Shown here in pieces: positions 48,956-62,399 of a stretch of 64,000 nucleotides of DNA; position 1 is the stretch's first letter, and the number at the start of each line of letters is the position of its first letter. The position numbers and the translations under genes were made by a program. The notes beneath the pieces are model-generated. The model was not told the DNA's origin and did not search any database. It saw only the letters and a program-made list of their open reading frames with translations. The DNA comes from Mobula birostris (taxonomy: Eukaryota), in NCBI RefSeq assembly GCF_030028105.1, contig NC_092379.1, forward strand, positions 27,583,821 to 27,647,820, read 5' to 3'.

Positions 48956-50272
48956 TAAGTGCAGAGTTACATTATTGGGATCACCCGGTCCATCGGGAAT
49001 TTAATCACAGATGAAGTTTCTCAACAGAAAATATCCCAAAATTTCCCCATACTGCTTAAACACAACTACCAGTAAACATGATTAAAATATATCAAAACAG
49101 TAATGGATTCCCGCCAAACTCTGTCTCAACCAGCTCCACCGATCCACAACGCATTTGCTGCAAAATTCCGTGCTTATCCCACTTCTGAAAAGACGCCTCT
49201 TATTTCCAAGACAGTACTATCCTGCGAATGGAAAAAAAAAAAAACTTCTGCAAGTTACCTCTATCCACCGCGGTACAGCTCATAATGCACTTGACCATTT
49301 CATCACGTCTCTGTGCTTTACATATAGTACCATATTTTTTTAAAAAATGTCCGATTGATATTTCGATTCACACTCCTAGCAATCCATTCACCCTTCAGAC
49401 ACTCCAAATTTTACACATGGCTCTTCAACCGTCCTTGATATCCACTCTCTCGGGAGAGATATCCAAGAGACAATGAACACACAAGTCTACACTTCTTGAG
49501 GACTGGAGAAGTAACTGTAACCTTGGAAGGCAACGTTCTCGGTTACATGGAGAATGTACAAACACCACACAATGATAACTAGAAGTTAGGGATCGAATCC
49601 AAATTACCACAGATCCGATATTTTACACAAGGCTCATAGTTTTTACCCATATTCCCCTTCCTCTCAGAGAGGAGAACTCTCACCTGCTGCCTTTGCATCA
49701 GGCGGAGCAGAACGTTCACGGTAATTTGAAATTTTGCATTGCAAGAATTTTGACTATTCGGCATTTAAAATCGGTTGATGATTTCAGTATAACACTATGA
49801 CCATAGATGCAAATAACTCATTCAAAAACGAGATTATCATTTTCCCATTACCCATACTGAGACATTCTTTCGCAAGAAGTATCGAAATAAATCCAAAATG
49901 GCAATCAGTGAGATTAATCACCGTCACATGACACGTACTTTTCGTTAAGTAGAGCAGTCACATTCAAAGACATTATTTTGCCGGGTTTTTTTTCACTCGA
50001 TAATTCTTCATCTAGTCTTAAGGATCTAGGAGCGGAATTGATCCAGTCCTTCATCTCAGCACGTCGGTGCGCGAACTCATTGCTGAAGTGCCTTTCCTAA
50101 TTTCCGTATTGCACTTTACAGAGGGTATATTTGGATCGCTGATAAAAAGTGTAGCCTGTTACCTTGTGTTTGCGGCAGCTTTGTGCCATTGCCTCAGAAT
50201 GGCCATAGGGGCATTCTTTTTTTTTCTTAACGATGGGAACAAACATTGAATAATTTTAGACATCTCAGAATT

Positions 50273-52199
50273 CATAGAAACATAGAAACGTAGAAAATAG
50301 GTGCAGGAGTAGGCCATTCGGCCTTTCGAGCCTGCACCGCCATTCAATATGATCATAGCTGATCATCCAACTCAGAACTCTGCATCAGCCTTCCCTCCAT
50401 ACCCCCTGATCCCTTTAGCCACAAGGGCCATATCTAACTCCCTCTTAAGTATAGCCAATGTACTGTTCTCAACTGTTTCCTGTGGCAGAGAATTCCACAG
50501 ATTCACCACTCTCTGTATGAAGAAGTTTTTCCTAATCTCGGTCCTAAAAGGCTTCCCCTTTATCCTCAAACTGTGACCCCTCGTTCTGGACTTCCTCAAC
50601 ATCGGGAACAATCCTCCTGCATCTAGCCTGTCCAATCCCTTTAGGATTTTATACGTTTCAATCAGATCCCCCCTCAAACATCTAAACTCCAACGAGTATA
50701 AGCCTAGTTCGTCCAGTCTTTCATCATATGAAAGTCCTGCCATCCCAGGAATCAATTTGGTGAACCTCCTCTGTACTCCCTCTATGGCAAGTTTGTCTTT
50801 CCTCAGATTAGGGGACCAAAACTGCACACAATACTCCAAGTGTGGTCTCACCAAGGCCTTGTACAACTGCAGTAGTACCTCCCTGCTCCTGTTCTCGAAT
50901 CTTCTTGCTATAAATACCATTCACCTTTTTCACCGGCTGCTGTACCTGTATGCGCACTTTCAATGACTGGTGTATAATGATACCCAGGTCTCGTTGCACC
51001 TCCCCTTTTCCTAATCGGCCACCATTCAGATAATAATCTGTTTTCCTGTTTTTGCCACCAAAGTGGATATCTTCACATTTATCCACATTAAATTGCATCT
51101 GCCATGAATTTGCCCACTCACCCTACCTATCCAAGTCACCCTGCATCCCCTTACCATCCTCCTCACAGCTAACACTGCCGCCCAGCTTCGTGTCATCCGC
51201 AAACTTGGAGATGCTGCATTTAATGCCCTCATCCAAGTCATTAATATATATTGTAAACAACTGGGGTACCGCAAAGCTCAGTGTCCCAGCATTGAACCTT
51301 GCGGTACACCACTAGTCACTGCCTGCCACACTCTAATCCTCAGGAACTAGTCCAGAATCTAAAGAGTTTTGAAAAATTATCACTAATGCATCCACTATTT
51401 CTTGGGCTACTTCCTTAAGCAGTCTGGGATGCAGACCATCTGGCCCTGGGGATCTATCTGCCTTTAATCCCTTTAATTTACCTAACAGCACTTCCCTACT
51501 AACATGTATTTCCCTCAGTTCCTGCATCTCACTGGACCCTCTGTCCCCTACTATTTCCAGAAGATTATGTATGTCTTCCTTAGTGAAGACAGAACCAACG
51601 TAATTATTCAATTGGTCTGCCATGTCTTTACTCCCCATAATCAATTCACCTGTTTCTGTCTGTAGAGGACCTACATTTGTCTTAACCAATTTTTTTTTTT
51701 TTTGCTTTTCACATATCTATAAAAGCTTTTACAGTCATTTTTATGTTCCCTGCCAGTTTTCTCTCATAATCTTTTTTTTCCTTTCCTAATTAAGCCCTTT
51801 GTCCTCCTCTGCTGAACTCTGAATTTCTCCCAGTCCTCGGGTGAGCCACTTTTTCTGGGTAATTTGTATGCTTCTTCTTTGGAATTGATACTATCCCTAA
51901 TTTCCCTTGTCAGCCACGGGTGCACTTCCTTCCTTCATTTATTCTTCTGCCAAACTGGGATGAACAATTGTTGTAGTTCATCCATGCGATCTTTAAATAC
52001 TTGCCATTGCATATCCACCGTCAACCCTTTAAGTGTCATTTGCCAGTCTACCTTAGCTAATTCACGTCTCGTACCTTCAAAGTTACCCCTCTTTAAGTTC
52101 AGAACCTCTGTTTCTGAATTAACTATGTCACTCTCCATCTTAATGAATAATTTCACCATATTATGGTCACTCATACCCAAGTGACCTCTCACGACAAGA
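50273..52199 (-). mobile_element. Young CR1 LINE, 5'-truncated, with internal deletions
   Basis: SDHNMVKLFIKMES, LNNYVGSVFTKED, SPGPDGLHPRLLKEV, MQFNVDKCE and RPHLEYCVQFWSP; same 3' end as 35879-36526. Confidence 0.92.
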
Positions 52200-52209
52200 A
52201 CCTGGAACT

Positions 52210-53034
52210 TGTCACGGGCTCGGACTACAGAACAAGACGAGGACAAGACGAGGCTATAGGACTACTGGACATGGTTTCGGGGAGGAACACCTGGATAGGG
52301 CGAGACACAAGGACAAGTAAAGGCAAATGAAAACGACTCGTTTAGGACTGGACTAGGCAAGGGCTGGACGTGGGCCTTCAGAAGGCGGAGCCTTGGAGTA
52401 GAAGAGACAGGAGCAGGGGACATAGAGCACGGACCCTTCCCTGGGTACAGGACGTAGGCCCGGGACTCATACACTGAACACTGAACATGAAGGGATGGAT
52501 CCCAACACCCGGTGGTGGCAAACCGCCGGACTCACCTAGTGAAGGCGTGGACACAGAGACAGCCCCCAATACTAGATGGTGGCAAACGGCCAGATCCATT
52601 TAGCGAAGGCGTGTACACAAAGACAGATCCCAGCATTAGGTGGCGGCAAACGGTCGGACCGACCTAGGGAAGGCAGGGAGGGAGTCAGCCGAGGTATCCA
52701 GGCAGGGTCTCAGGCGAGGTATCCAGGTGGAGAGTCAGGCGAGGTATCCAGGCAGGGAGTCAGGCGAGGTATCCAGGCAGATTGTCAGGCGAAGTATGCA
52801 GGCAGGGAGTCAGGCGAGGTGTCCATGTAGAGAGTCAGGCGAGGCGAGAAAAGACAGGGAGGGGAACAAAACAGTCCAGAAGGGAATAGCTGGTTTGCAG
52901 ATGTATTTATGTCTCAGCCCCATAACGAGAAACGTGTGCCCAACAGAAACTGGGGAAGAGCAGAAAAAACGGAACAAGGAAACGTGGGCCAGACCGTGAA
53001 CCGCAACACAGACTTCACGGACTGGACTATGACA
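52210..53034 (-). mobile_element. Gypsy-type solo-LTR-like element A (825 bp)
   Basis: Minus strand starts TGTCATagtccagtccgtg and ends GTGACA; shares the ~60-bp sub-repeat family with elements B and C; no clear TSD. Confidence 0.55.
52676..52845 (+). repeat. 25-bp tandem repeat, about 7 copies
   Basis: Unit ggcagggagtcaggcgaggtatcca. Confidence 0.9.
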
Positions 53035-53049
53035 TAGCCAGCTGAGGTT

Positions 53050-54511
53050 GCTGGCCGAAGTGAGACACCGAGCTACCCCAAAGCAGTGATGAAACTGTCT
53101 GTTTTTCTCTGGTGTTTGTCTCTTGTCCTTGCCTCCGTGGGGTAAGTCATGCCGTTTTGCCATTGCCCTGCGGGGGGATCTGTCCTTCCTCACGTCAGTG
53201 GGGTAGGTCAGGCCGTTTTGTCGTTGTCCTGCGGGGGATCTGTTTTGTCTTGTCTACGCCTCTGTTGGGTAAGTCCGACCGCACTGCCGTTACCTGACGG
53301 AGTGTCCTGTCCCACCTTGGTGTGCAGATGAAGTTGAGTCCCATTTTGTTTCAGGGTAAGTCCTATGTCAATGTTCTGGCCTGTCTCATGTTAGTGTCAT
53401 GGTAAAGATGAGTAGCGGTTCGTCGAAGGTCCCGGCTCTATGTTGATGGACGGTTCCTTTCTCTCTCTGAGCTCCAAGAACCCACCACCGACGATCCCGC
53501 AGCGAAGCTCCAGGAACCCGAGCTTCGAGAAACCCGCAGCCAGGCACCAAACATCGAGGATCCCGCAGCAAAGCTCCAAGACACCAAGCCTCGAGGATTC
53601 CAAGCCAAGCTCAAAGAACCCCAGCCTCGAGGATCCCAAACCCATTTCCAAGAGCCCCAGCCTCGAGGATCCCAAGCCAAGCTCCAAGAAGCCCAGCCTC
53701 GACGATCCCAATTCAAGCTCGAAGAACCCCAGCCTCGAGGATCCCAAGCCAAGCTCCAAGAACCCCAGCCTCCAGGATCTCAAGCCAAGCACCATGAACC
53801 TCAGCCTCGAGTGTCTCAAGCCAAGCTCCAAGAACCCAGCTTCGAACATGCCAAGCCAAGCTCCAAGACATCAAGCCTCGAGGATCCCAAGCCAAGCTCC
53901 AAGAACTCAAGCCTCGAGAATCTCAAGCCAAGCTCCAAGAATCCACGACTCGAGGATTCGAAACCATGCTCCAAGAACCCAAGTTCGAGGATCCCAAACT
54001 ATGCTACAAAACCCAGCCTGGAGGATCCCAAGCCAAGCTCCGGGAACTCAAGCCTCTAGGATCCCAAGCCAAGCTCCAAGACCCAAGCCTCAAGGATCTT
54101 AATCCAAGCTCAAGAACCCAAACCACAAGGATCCCAAGCCACGATCAAGACCCAGGACCCCAGCGTCAACCCTCAAGAGCAAAGAACCTAGCCTGTCTCC
54201 AAGCTCAGGCCTTTAGTCCCCAGACAGGTCCTGTCCTGAAGCCATGTCATGTTCTTGCCAGGTTCTGGTGTCCTAGCCCGAGGCAAGACCCAGGTTCTAG
54301 GTCCTTGTTCAGTCTCGGGCTCGGAGACCAAGCCTTGTCTCCTAGTCCATGGTTCGTAGTTCTTGTCTCGCTTTACCTAGCCTAAGTCTGCGTTCCTGTC
54401 CATTCTCCTTGCCTGTACCCTGTCACATCCCTACTCCAGTCTTGTCCTGTTCTTTGTACTTCTGTGTCTGTGTCTCGCATTTGGGTCCGTTGCCAGCGCC
54501 CCATTGTGACA
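53050..54511 (+). mobile_element. Gypsy-type LTR-like element B, 5'-truncated
   Basis: Ends ...gcatttgggtcc...GTGACA (54506-54511), resembling the 3' LTR end at 22394; colinear with the reverse complement of 56902-58339. Confidence 0.6.
53490..54130 (+). repeat. 36-bp minisatellite, roughly 17 degenerate copies
   Basis: Unit aaccccagcctcgaggatcccaagccaagctccaag; some distal units are 35 bp. Confidence 0.9.
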
Positions 54512-54771
54512 CGTAATTAGACGACCATGGAAATTAAATATTTGTTTCATGTTTTTAATGTTTCCGCAAGTAAAGTTTAGAACAACACAAATTATTTCTC
54601 ATATTGTAGAATAAGATTTTCAATGTTATCAATAATGAGTCCTAAATATATAAACCACCGCCAATAAATCTGATAATAAAGATCATATGATTAACTATGA
54701 ACCGACTGTAAGATGTATACTGTATGATGCAATGATGAACTCTGTGAACATTTAATTACTGTCTGCCTTAC

Positions 54772-54841
54772 CTGGGACTCCGATAGCCGCCAGAATAGGA
54801 TAGTAAAACATTTCTATCTGAAATATAAGTGGGTATCCCAT
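54772..54841 (-). CDS. Class A GPCR (GPR139-like), exon 1
   Basis: Minus strand ATG GGA TAC CCA...= MGYPLIFQIEMFYYPILAAIGVP plus 1 nt (70 nt), donor gtaagg. Phase-1 join to 42504 gives GTT (Val) and a 969-nt, 322-aa ORF with complete TM1. Confidence 0.88.
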
Positions 54842-55949
54842 TTCTTCTACGAAGCGCCGATATCTATGATGCGAGAGAAAATTCAATCTCTTATTATGGG
54901 CATGCAGTTGGTTTTGTAAACGGCATCTTATTTATAGGAAAAATCTCTCCCCCTGGGAAATTATTAGCGTGTTTTAATCATGCCGAATATTATTTTCCGT
55001 CTGTTGAACAAATTGCTTTAATCATGTATTTGACATTCAAGGGCACAGGGTCTTTCTTCTGAATGAAGAAGTTAAATCTGCTGGCATTGACAAATGTGAA
55101 AATGACCAGAGGTTTTAATCACATTCAAAATTAAAGCAGTGAAGTCAATATTTTGCCATAATTTTCCAACGAATTTTAAGGTGCATCCAATAGAATGAAA
55201 ATCTCTGTTCGAAATCCGTGTTCATGAGCGGCAATAAATATTAAGGAGGAGGTTCTCAGATGATCGAAACTCTTTACAGGCTTCAACACTTTCATTCGTA
55301 GGTGTCCAGAGTGTATCTCCCTGAACTGCCAGATGCAGCAGGTCGTTCCACCCAAAACATCATTCTATGCAGAAAATAAGTGATCTGACATTATCAATAA
55401 ACAAACAATTTTGCAAATTTCCATTTGCTATTTCTATCATGTCGGGCAAAACCAAAATAAAATAAATAAATAATCCTTCCTTATCCAGCCGATCTAGTCC
55501 CCGTACCTCCTTGGAAATAGATCACTTCCAAAGGAGATGTAAGTTGTTATTTCACTCCGTTAGCCTATGGTTCAGAGCTGGGCAAGTCAAACGCCTGTTT
55601 TTACCCCGATCGGTTTCACGTGAGGCAGGCAGCGAAGGATGGTTGCAGGGACATCTGGCCGTTATTGCAGTCCGGTTATTCGACCACTGATGCCAGGATG
55701 TTAATATCTTAAGAGTTTCGATAATAGCTGGGCTCAACCATCTTTTAAAGACACTGCCCTGAGGAAGGAAATGACATACGAATTCTCTGGAAGATTTGCC
55801 AAAAGCAGTCATGGTCATAGATCATGATCACCCACGTCTAATGACATGACACCTTTAAAATTGCATTTAATGTTTCGTAGCTGCTAAAGTAAATGCCCTT
55901 GTTCGTTTATGATATTGTCATAAATCAAGCACTTTAGTCCAACAGAGAC

Positions 55950-58900
55950 CTCGTATACCTACCCTGCGCCCTCTCAAATGTTTCCATGATATTCTGAGCC
56001 TTTGTCTGACCACTGTTTTAATACCTCCTCGCGATTATTCATCGCAAAATTCCATCTTTTAAAAAAGGCTAACATTCTAATAGCAATAAGCCCTCTCAAC
56101 AACCCTGAAAACTTCGAGGCAGCGTTGACGTACCTATGGGCGTGAAGCCCAAAGTGCCTCTGTTCCAGCAACCCACTCAGAATCCGACGATGAACCTTGT
56201 ATTTTGCCTTCAAATTCCAATTCACGTAAGAAATCAGGTGACGCTTTTCAGGTTTGAAATCCATCTGGCATTTTGCATCCGAACTCTCAGCATCACATAC
56301 CCCTACGCGTTTGTTCTTACTATCCGTAAACTTTGTCACAAAGCCGTGTCTTTCATTATCTAAATTACTGACAAACAACGCGAAACGCAGCAGTCCCAAT
56401 ACTCACCCTTGAAGAACACTAGTATTCACAAGCAGCCAACCAGAAAAGGGCCCCTTTTGTTCCCATTCTCTGTCTCCTGCTTCTCAACCATACCACGATC
56501 CATGCCAGCATCTTTCCTGTGAAGTTTTAGGAATTCATTTTTTTTCTTTAAGCAGCATCCTGCGTGGCATCTTATCAAACGCCTTCTGAAAATCCAAGTA
56601 AATGACATCCACTGCCTCTCCCTTGTCGACCCTTTTTGTTGTGTCCTCGAAGAGCGATAACAGTTACGTCTGGGAAGAGATCCCCTAGACAAAAACCACA
56701 CAGACTTTGAAATATTTTCTCATTAGTCTCCAAGAACCTCATCCTTAATAACAGACTCCAACACTTCTCCAACAACTGAGTTCAGGCCAACTGGCCTTGG
56801 ATTCCATTCGTTTCAACGTCATCCCTTCTTAGAGCGTCAGAGACATTTGAAATCTTCCAGTCCTCCGGGACCATGCCACGATGAAGTGTCCTTGAAAGCT
56901 CTGTCATAAACGGGACGTCGTTAAGAGGACCTAAATACAACACACAAACACTGAAATACTAGGAAAAGGACATGACTAGAGAGCTGGGAATGAAATTTCA
57001 TTTGTGTTAGAACATTGGCTAAGAAAGCGGAACTAGGACAAAGAACTGGGTACTAGGAGCCTGGGCTATTACTCCGAGCCCGAGACTGGAAAAGGACCCA
57101 GAACTTGGGTGTTAACTCCGGCTCAAACCCCGGAACTAGGCGAGGACATGACCTGGCTACAGGATTGGGCAGAGCTTGGGTTCTTCATGAGTGGGTTCTT
57201 CATGGCTTGGGTTCTTCATGGCTTGGGTTCTTCATGAATTGGGTTCTTCATGAATTGGGTTATTCGATACGAGGACATGACGAGGCTTGGGTTCTTCGAG
57301 GCGAGGACATGACGAGGCTTGGGTTTTTCGAGGCGAGGACATGAGCAGCCTTGGGTTGGGACTCCGAGCCAACGACTGCACAAGGACCCACAAACTGGTT
57401 CTTGACTCGGGCTCGGACTCCGGATCTAGGTGAATAAATCACGTAGTCTTGGGAGACAGGACTAGGCGAGGCTACGGGAGAGAACGAGATACTCCTGGAC
57501 AAGACGAGGGAACTCCAGTCCAGGACGAGGGATATCCAGCACAGGGCGGAGCACATGGACAGGACGAGCACACGAAGCCTTGATTTGGTACTCAGGATCA
57601 GCCGATTCTTGGAATTGGGAGGACAGGAACTTAGGAATCTGGGTCTTGGGACGACTGGAACGCAAAACACAGAGACTTGGTCAAGGGGAGGACAGGAACA
57701 CAGAGTCTTGGTCTACAATACGGGGAACAGGGAGCCTTGGACTTGAGAGACAGGATCACAGGGACATGGAACACAGAGCCAGGACCTCTCCTTGGGAAAA
57801 GCAATTGGGGCCGTAGCTCTACGAATGCTTAACACGGACGAGGCACAGAGACGGTTCACAGCACTAGGTAGCGGCAATGGGCCGGACATACCTACCTACC
57901 TGTCGAACGGAGACAGTTCGAAATCAACGATAGACAGTTCCTTATCTTGACAGGGCAAGGCTCTGGTTTCGCCCTGGTCGTAGAACTTGACAGGTTTCAG
58001 GCAAGGCTTCAGACACAGGTCGAAGGCAAAGCTGCAGAGGGAAGGGGAAGGGTAGGGAGCAGTCCAGCCGCAAGGTAACGGCAAAGACGGCCTGGCTTAC
58101 CCAAGGGAGATAAGGACAGGTAGGGGCAGATCCAACCGCAGCGAAACGGTAAAAACGGCCTGACCTACCCTACGGAGGCGAGGATGGGATACGGACATGA
58201 AGACCAGCCACCACACTCAAACCCAGGGCAATTGTGTGCCCAGCCCAAGACGAGCATCAGGTGTCTATGATTAAGCCGAACTAAAACAAGGGACAGCCAG
58301 AAGACCCGGAGTCTGGAGTCCACGGACCGGACCGTGACAATATCATGATAAATGCATTCGTGATCTCTTCAGCAACCCCTCTCAGGGCTCCGGGCTGTAA
58401 TCTATTCTGCCCAGATGACGTATCCAACTTAAGACCTTTGATTTTTTTTTTTTTTTTTTTTTTTTTTGTCAATGGCACTCCTGCTCTGTGACACTCACGG
58501 GACAGTACATATTTCAATGGTCTTTGACATTGAACGCAGATGAGAAGTACCCATTGTTTTTTTTTTTTTCTGCTATTCCTTTGCCCCCTATTACTAACTT
58601 ATCAGCATCATTTGCCAGTGTTCCAAAATCAACTCGAAACTCTTTTTCACTCTTTACACAACTGAAAAAAAAAAACATTTGGAATCCCGCTCCAGTTTAT
58701 CGGCTATTTTGCTCTCACTTCATCTCTCCCCTTCTTATAACCCTTTTAGTTGCATTTTTGTTGTATTTTAATAACGTCCCAATCATCCAACTACCCATCA
58801 ATGTTGGTACCTTACATATTCCTCTTGGCATTTATGCAGTCAGCCACGTCGTGTACGCCTGCCATTTGAAATATTCTTCCTTGTGGGTCAAATTTGTCCT

Positions 58901-60600
58901 GTGCCTTGTGACCTATTTCCAAAAAAAAAAAACAACTTTAGCCAATTCTGCCCTGCCGTCCACGCCACTATACATTCCTCCAATACACCTGGGCAAGGTC
59001 CTCTCTCAAGTCTCCGTACTTCTCTTTAGTACAGCATGAATACAACCACTTTATGACCACTGCCACCTAAGGTTTCATTTTTGTTCAGCTCCACAATAAG
59101 GTACTGCTTATTTCACAATATTGAAACTATGATAGCCTTTCCCCAAGTATGTTCAAGCACAACGTGCTCGGAATATCCATCTTCTAGATATTCAACGAAT
59201 TTTCTGTCTTTGAATCCGATATGAACCTATTTTTTCCAACCGTCTTGCATATCGAAGTCCCACATTACAGTTGTGTTAGTACACTCATCACATGCCTTTG
59301 CAGCTCCCTTTGTAACCTCCTACCCACATCTTAGCTACGCTTTGGTGGTCAAGAAATGATACCAATTATTCCTTTCCCCTTGCAGATTCTTAATTCCACC
59401 CACAAAGATTTGATATTACTTGATCCCCATGTCACTTAATTCTAAAGATTTCATTCCATCTCTATGCCTTCCTGCCTGCCCGTTCGATAGAGAGTATATG
59501 CTTTGATCTTAAGTTCTCAACTATGGTCTTCTCTCAGCCACAACTGAATGATGCACAGAATGCCATACCGGCCAATCTCTAATTACGCCACAAGTTCTTC
59601 TACATTATTAGGAATTCTAGGCGCTTTTAAATGCAGTACCTTCAGCCTTGCATCTTTGCTCGTTGGGATTTTGCCTCTGTGGTTCAATTTATCTCATTAC
59701 TCTGTTTTCATGTGTGACCAATCTTTGGTTTGCCCTTACATTCATGTTACACCCATTATCTACTTGTAAACCTGCTTGCTCATCCTCCGCTCTATCATGC
59801 TACCCCCAATTTCTTGCCATATTAGTTTATACCGCTCCCAACAGCTCTAGTGGTTTCCTATCCTCACTGTCGCGTGGCAGAAGTCGGAATCCCAAGATTG
59901 CTATCGTTGAGGATCTGCTTCTGAGCCTCCCTGAAAACTCCCAAAAATTAACTGGACCTCCTTCCTTTTCTTCCTATGTTGTTACTTCCAATATGTGCCA
60001 TGATTTTTGGCGGCTCAATCTCCATTTTCAGGATGTTGAGGACGATTCCAGAACCATATCTGACCCTGGTACTTCGCAGACAAACTGACATCGTTGTTAA
60101 CTGTTTGCATCCACAGAATGGCCTGTCTGTCCACCTAACCATACAGTCCCCTATAACTGCTGGCAGAGACTTCAGTTGCCTACCTGTCTCAGTACCAGAG
60201 GCATGGCCGCTGTTGGTTCCTGCAGGTGCATCTTTCCCACACCTTTCGCCTCCAATTGTGCACAAAATGTAGTATTTGTTGTTAAGGAGGACGGCAACCG
60301 GAGTGTTCTTCACTATCTGACGTTCCAACTTCCCTTCCCTGACACAATTATCTATCTGCTGTAATCTTAGGGTGACTACATCTCTGTAGCTCATGTTTTC
60401 ATTGCGTTCCTTTCCCTGAAATCCGAAAGTCACACACCTGCAGCTCCAGCACCTTAGTACGGTTTCAAAAGTGCTGTATCTCAATATCCCTTGCGCGGAT
60501 GTGGCCATCGCTGAGGTTGGAAATCTCTTGGAAATCCGATATCTGATACGTAACATGTTGTTGTTCGTCCATCGTTGACGTCGATGAGGATCTCGACACC
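55950..60600 (-). mobile_element. Long decayed CR1 (ORF1 esterase plus ORF2), interrupted by LTR element C
   Basis: ORF1-like NTPVAVLLNNKY..AVIGDCMVRWTDRPFCG..AHIGSNNIGRK (59948-60556); RT remnants on both sides of 56902-58339. Confidence 0.8.
56902..58339 (-). mobile_element. Gypsy-type solo-LTR-like element C (1438 bp)
   Basis: Minus strand TGTCAC...ATGACA termini; the flanks rejoin as continuous CR1 sequence; internal short repeats (ggcttgggttcttcatg, gaggcgaggacatgac). Confidence 0.7.
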
Positions 60601-61045
60601 ATTATGATGGTGATTTGGATTTAAGTGTGGGAGAGTTGCGCAGCGTCAGCCTCACTCTCTCTTACCAATTCCCATCTGGATCCAGTGGCAAGACAGAGTG
60701 TAGACGGCTGGAGATGGGACTAGGCGCAGTGGATGACCAGGACGTCTTCTGTGTCCTGTCCTGCTCTACACGTTCCACGACGCTTGCAGAGACCGCCTTC
60801 TTGACCGTTGGACCCTCCATAGGTCTCGTCCGCTTAATCCGCCAGAGTCTGTCTTCACATGCTGGGATAGACAACTCCCTGTCATACCGAGGGTTTGAGA
60901 CCCGTCGGCTACCCTCACCTGGTTTAGCCGGCTTGTCGAAGCCGTTGCCCGGGGTGTGGCCGCTGTTGCATGCAAACAGCTACGGGGAGCCACAGGTGAG
61001 AGCTGAGTGCCAGGTGGGGACCAAAGGTGGACTAACCGCCTGAAA
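60570..61045. mobile_element. GC-rich interspersed-repeat fragment (possibly a LINE 5' region)
   Basis: Abrupt GC-rich block between two CR1 segments, with no credible ORF; family not established. Confidence 0.3.
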
Positions 61046-62399
61046 AGGTCGCGACATGTTCCCCCACCGGAGGTGCTACCCCTCCCTGACACCCCATACA
61101 CCCCATAGAACACTACGTAACATAGAACACCGGCTATTATTTCTAGAGTTTAAAACGCATTAAGTAATGAGCTTACTTAGACTCCGCCAGTTCTCGCCGA
61201 ATGCTGTTGAGCAAAACTCTTCCCAGATTACGCCGACAATGTCTGGTCCAATGCTGACCGCCCCATCAGTTGGTTCTCTGTTTATAAAGACGGGCTTTTC
61301 CAGTCGAAAATAGTGCGAAAGGCAGAGGAACATATAAGGATCAGTAAGTGGCATTTCTGTGGGCCGAAGTGCTTTGTTAGTTACAGATCTCAGAGGACTT
61401 GTTCAAGCTGATAGACAGGCGACAACAGCACCAATAACAATGCGTTAAAATACTAGTTTCAGAATAGCATTTTTATCTGCAAAGCACATGGTCTCCATGG
61501 CAGAAGGACACAAAGATCCATTCAACAGCCAATGTATTTGTTACAGGAGGTAGATAATAAAGTGGTCACTAAGATACTTTTCTGAGTTATAAGCATGTAA
61601 CAGTAACGACATAAACAGATAAAAAGATGATACAATTTAACATTCTTTGTAATATAGGGAGATATCAGTTTCAAAATTTGACACAAGTGAAAGAAAAAAC
61701 TTAGATAATAGACGCTTAGTTTAAGAAGGCAGGCACAGGTTTGTGCCGAGGCGTAATATTGGTAGAAAAGGAACCGTGATAGTATTTCAGTGTAAGAAAA
61801 AAACTGAATCTTTTGATAACATTGATGGTAAGGCACTTATTGACATCAGACTGCAAGCAGGGAGCCAGACTTCAGAATGATATATACTTGGAGCGACGCA
61901 CAAGATATGATATTATTAGCCTAAAACCACCATGACTTCAACTGACACGTATCCAACAATGCATATATATATATATCGTTATTTTTTCCTCCAGAACTAA
62001 CCCATTATAGGGTAACGGCAATAGAAACAGGAAGTAAGGAAGTAGACTCTTTCTGTATTTGCCATTAAACAATCCAATTTAGGAGCATTACATTAGCGCT
62101 CCACACAACATTTACAATCTATTGCAGAACATGGGAAGAGTGGATCCTTGGTTTCATAATGCTACAATAGACTTCAATATCTAATCGCTATTAAGCATTG
62201 ATGAAATTACAGATGGATAATTAGATCCAATCCAGTTCTGATCATTGCACATCAGGAAAGATGCCGATGGCAAAATATATGGGCAGAAGAGGTTTACCAC
62301 AGCCGCTCCAGGTGAGGGAGTTTGCCACAGCGGTAAGGCTAGGTCACCTATAGCTGACAGAAAGATAATCGGTTAATGGAAGTGTAGTTGGACGATGTT

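Noticed and set aside
52676-54130. Regular 25-36-bp repeats as a CRISPR-like array
   Set aside because: Head-to-tail tandem units without unique spacers, in a vertebrate genome, with no cas genes.
53397-54385. Repetitive ORFs of 104-220 aa (NPSLEDPKPSSK / LGFLELGL)
   Set aside because: Produced by a 36-bp stop-free minisatellite inside an LTR-like element; the frame shifts where units become 35 bp.
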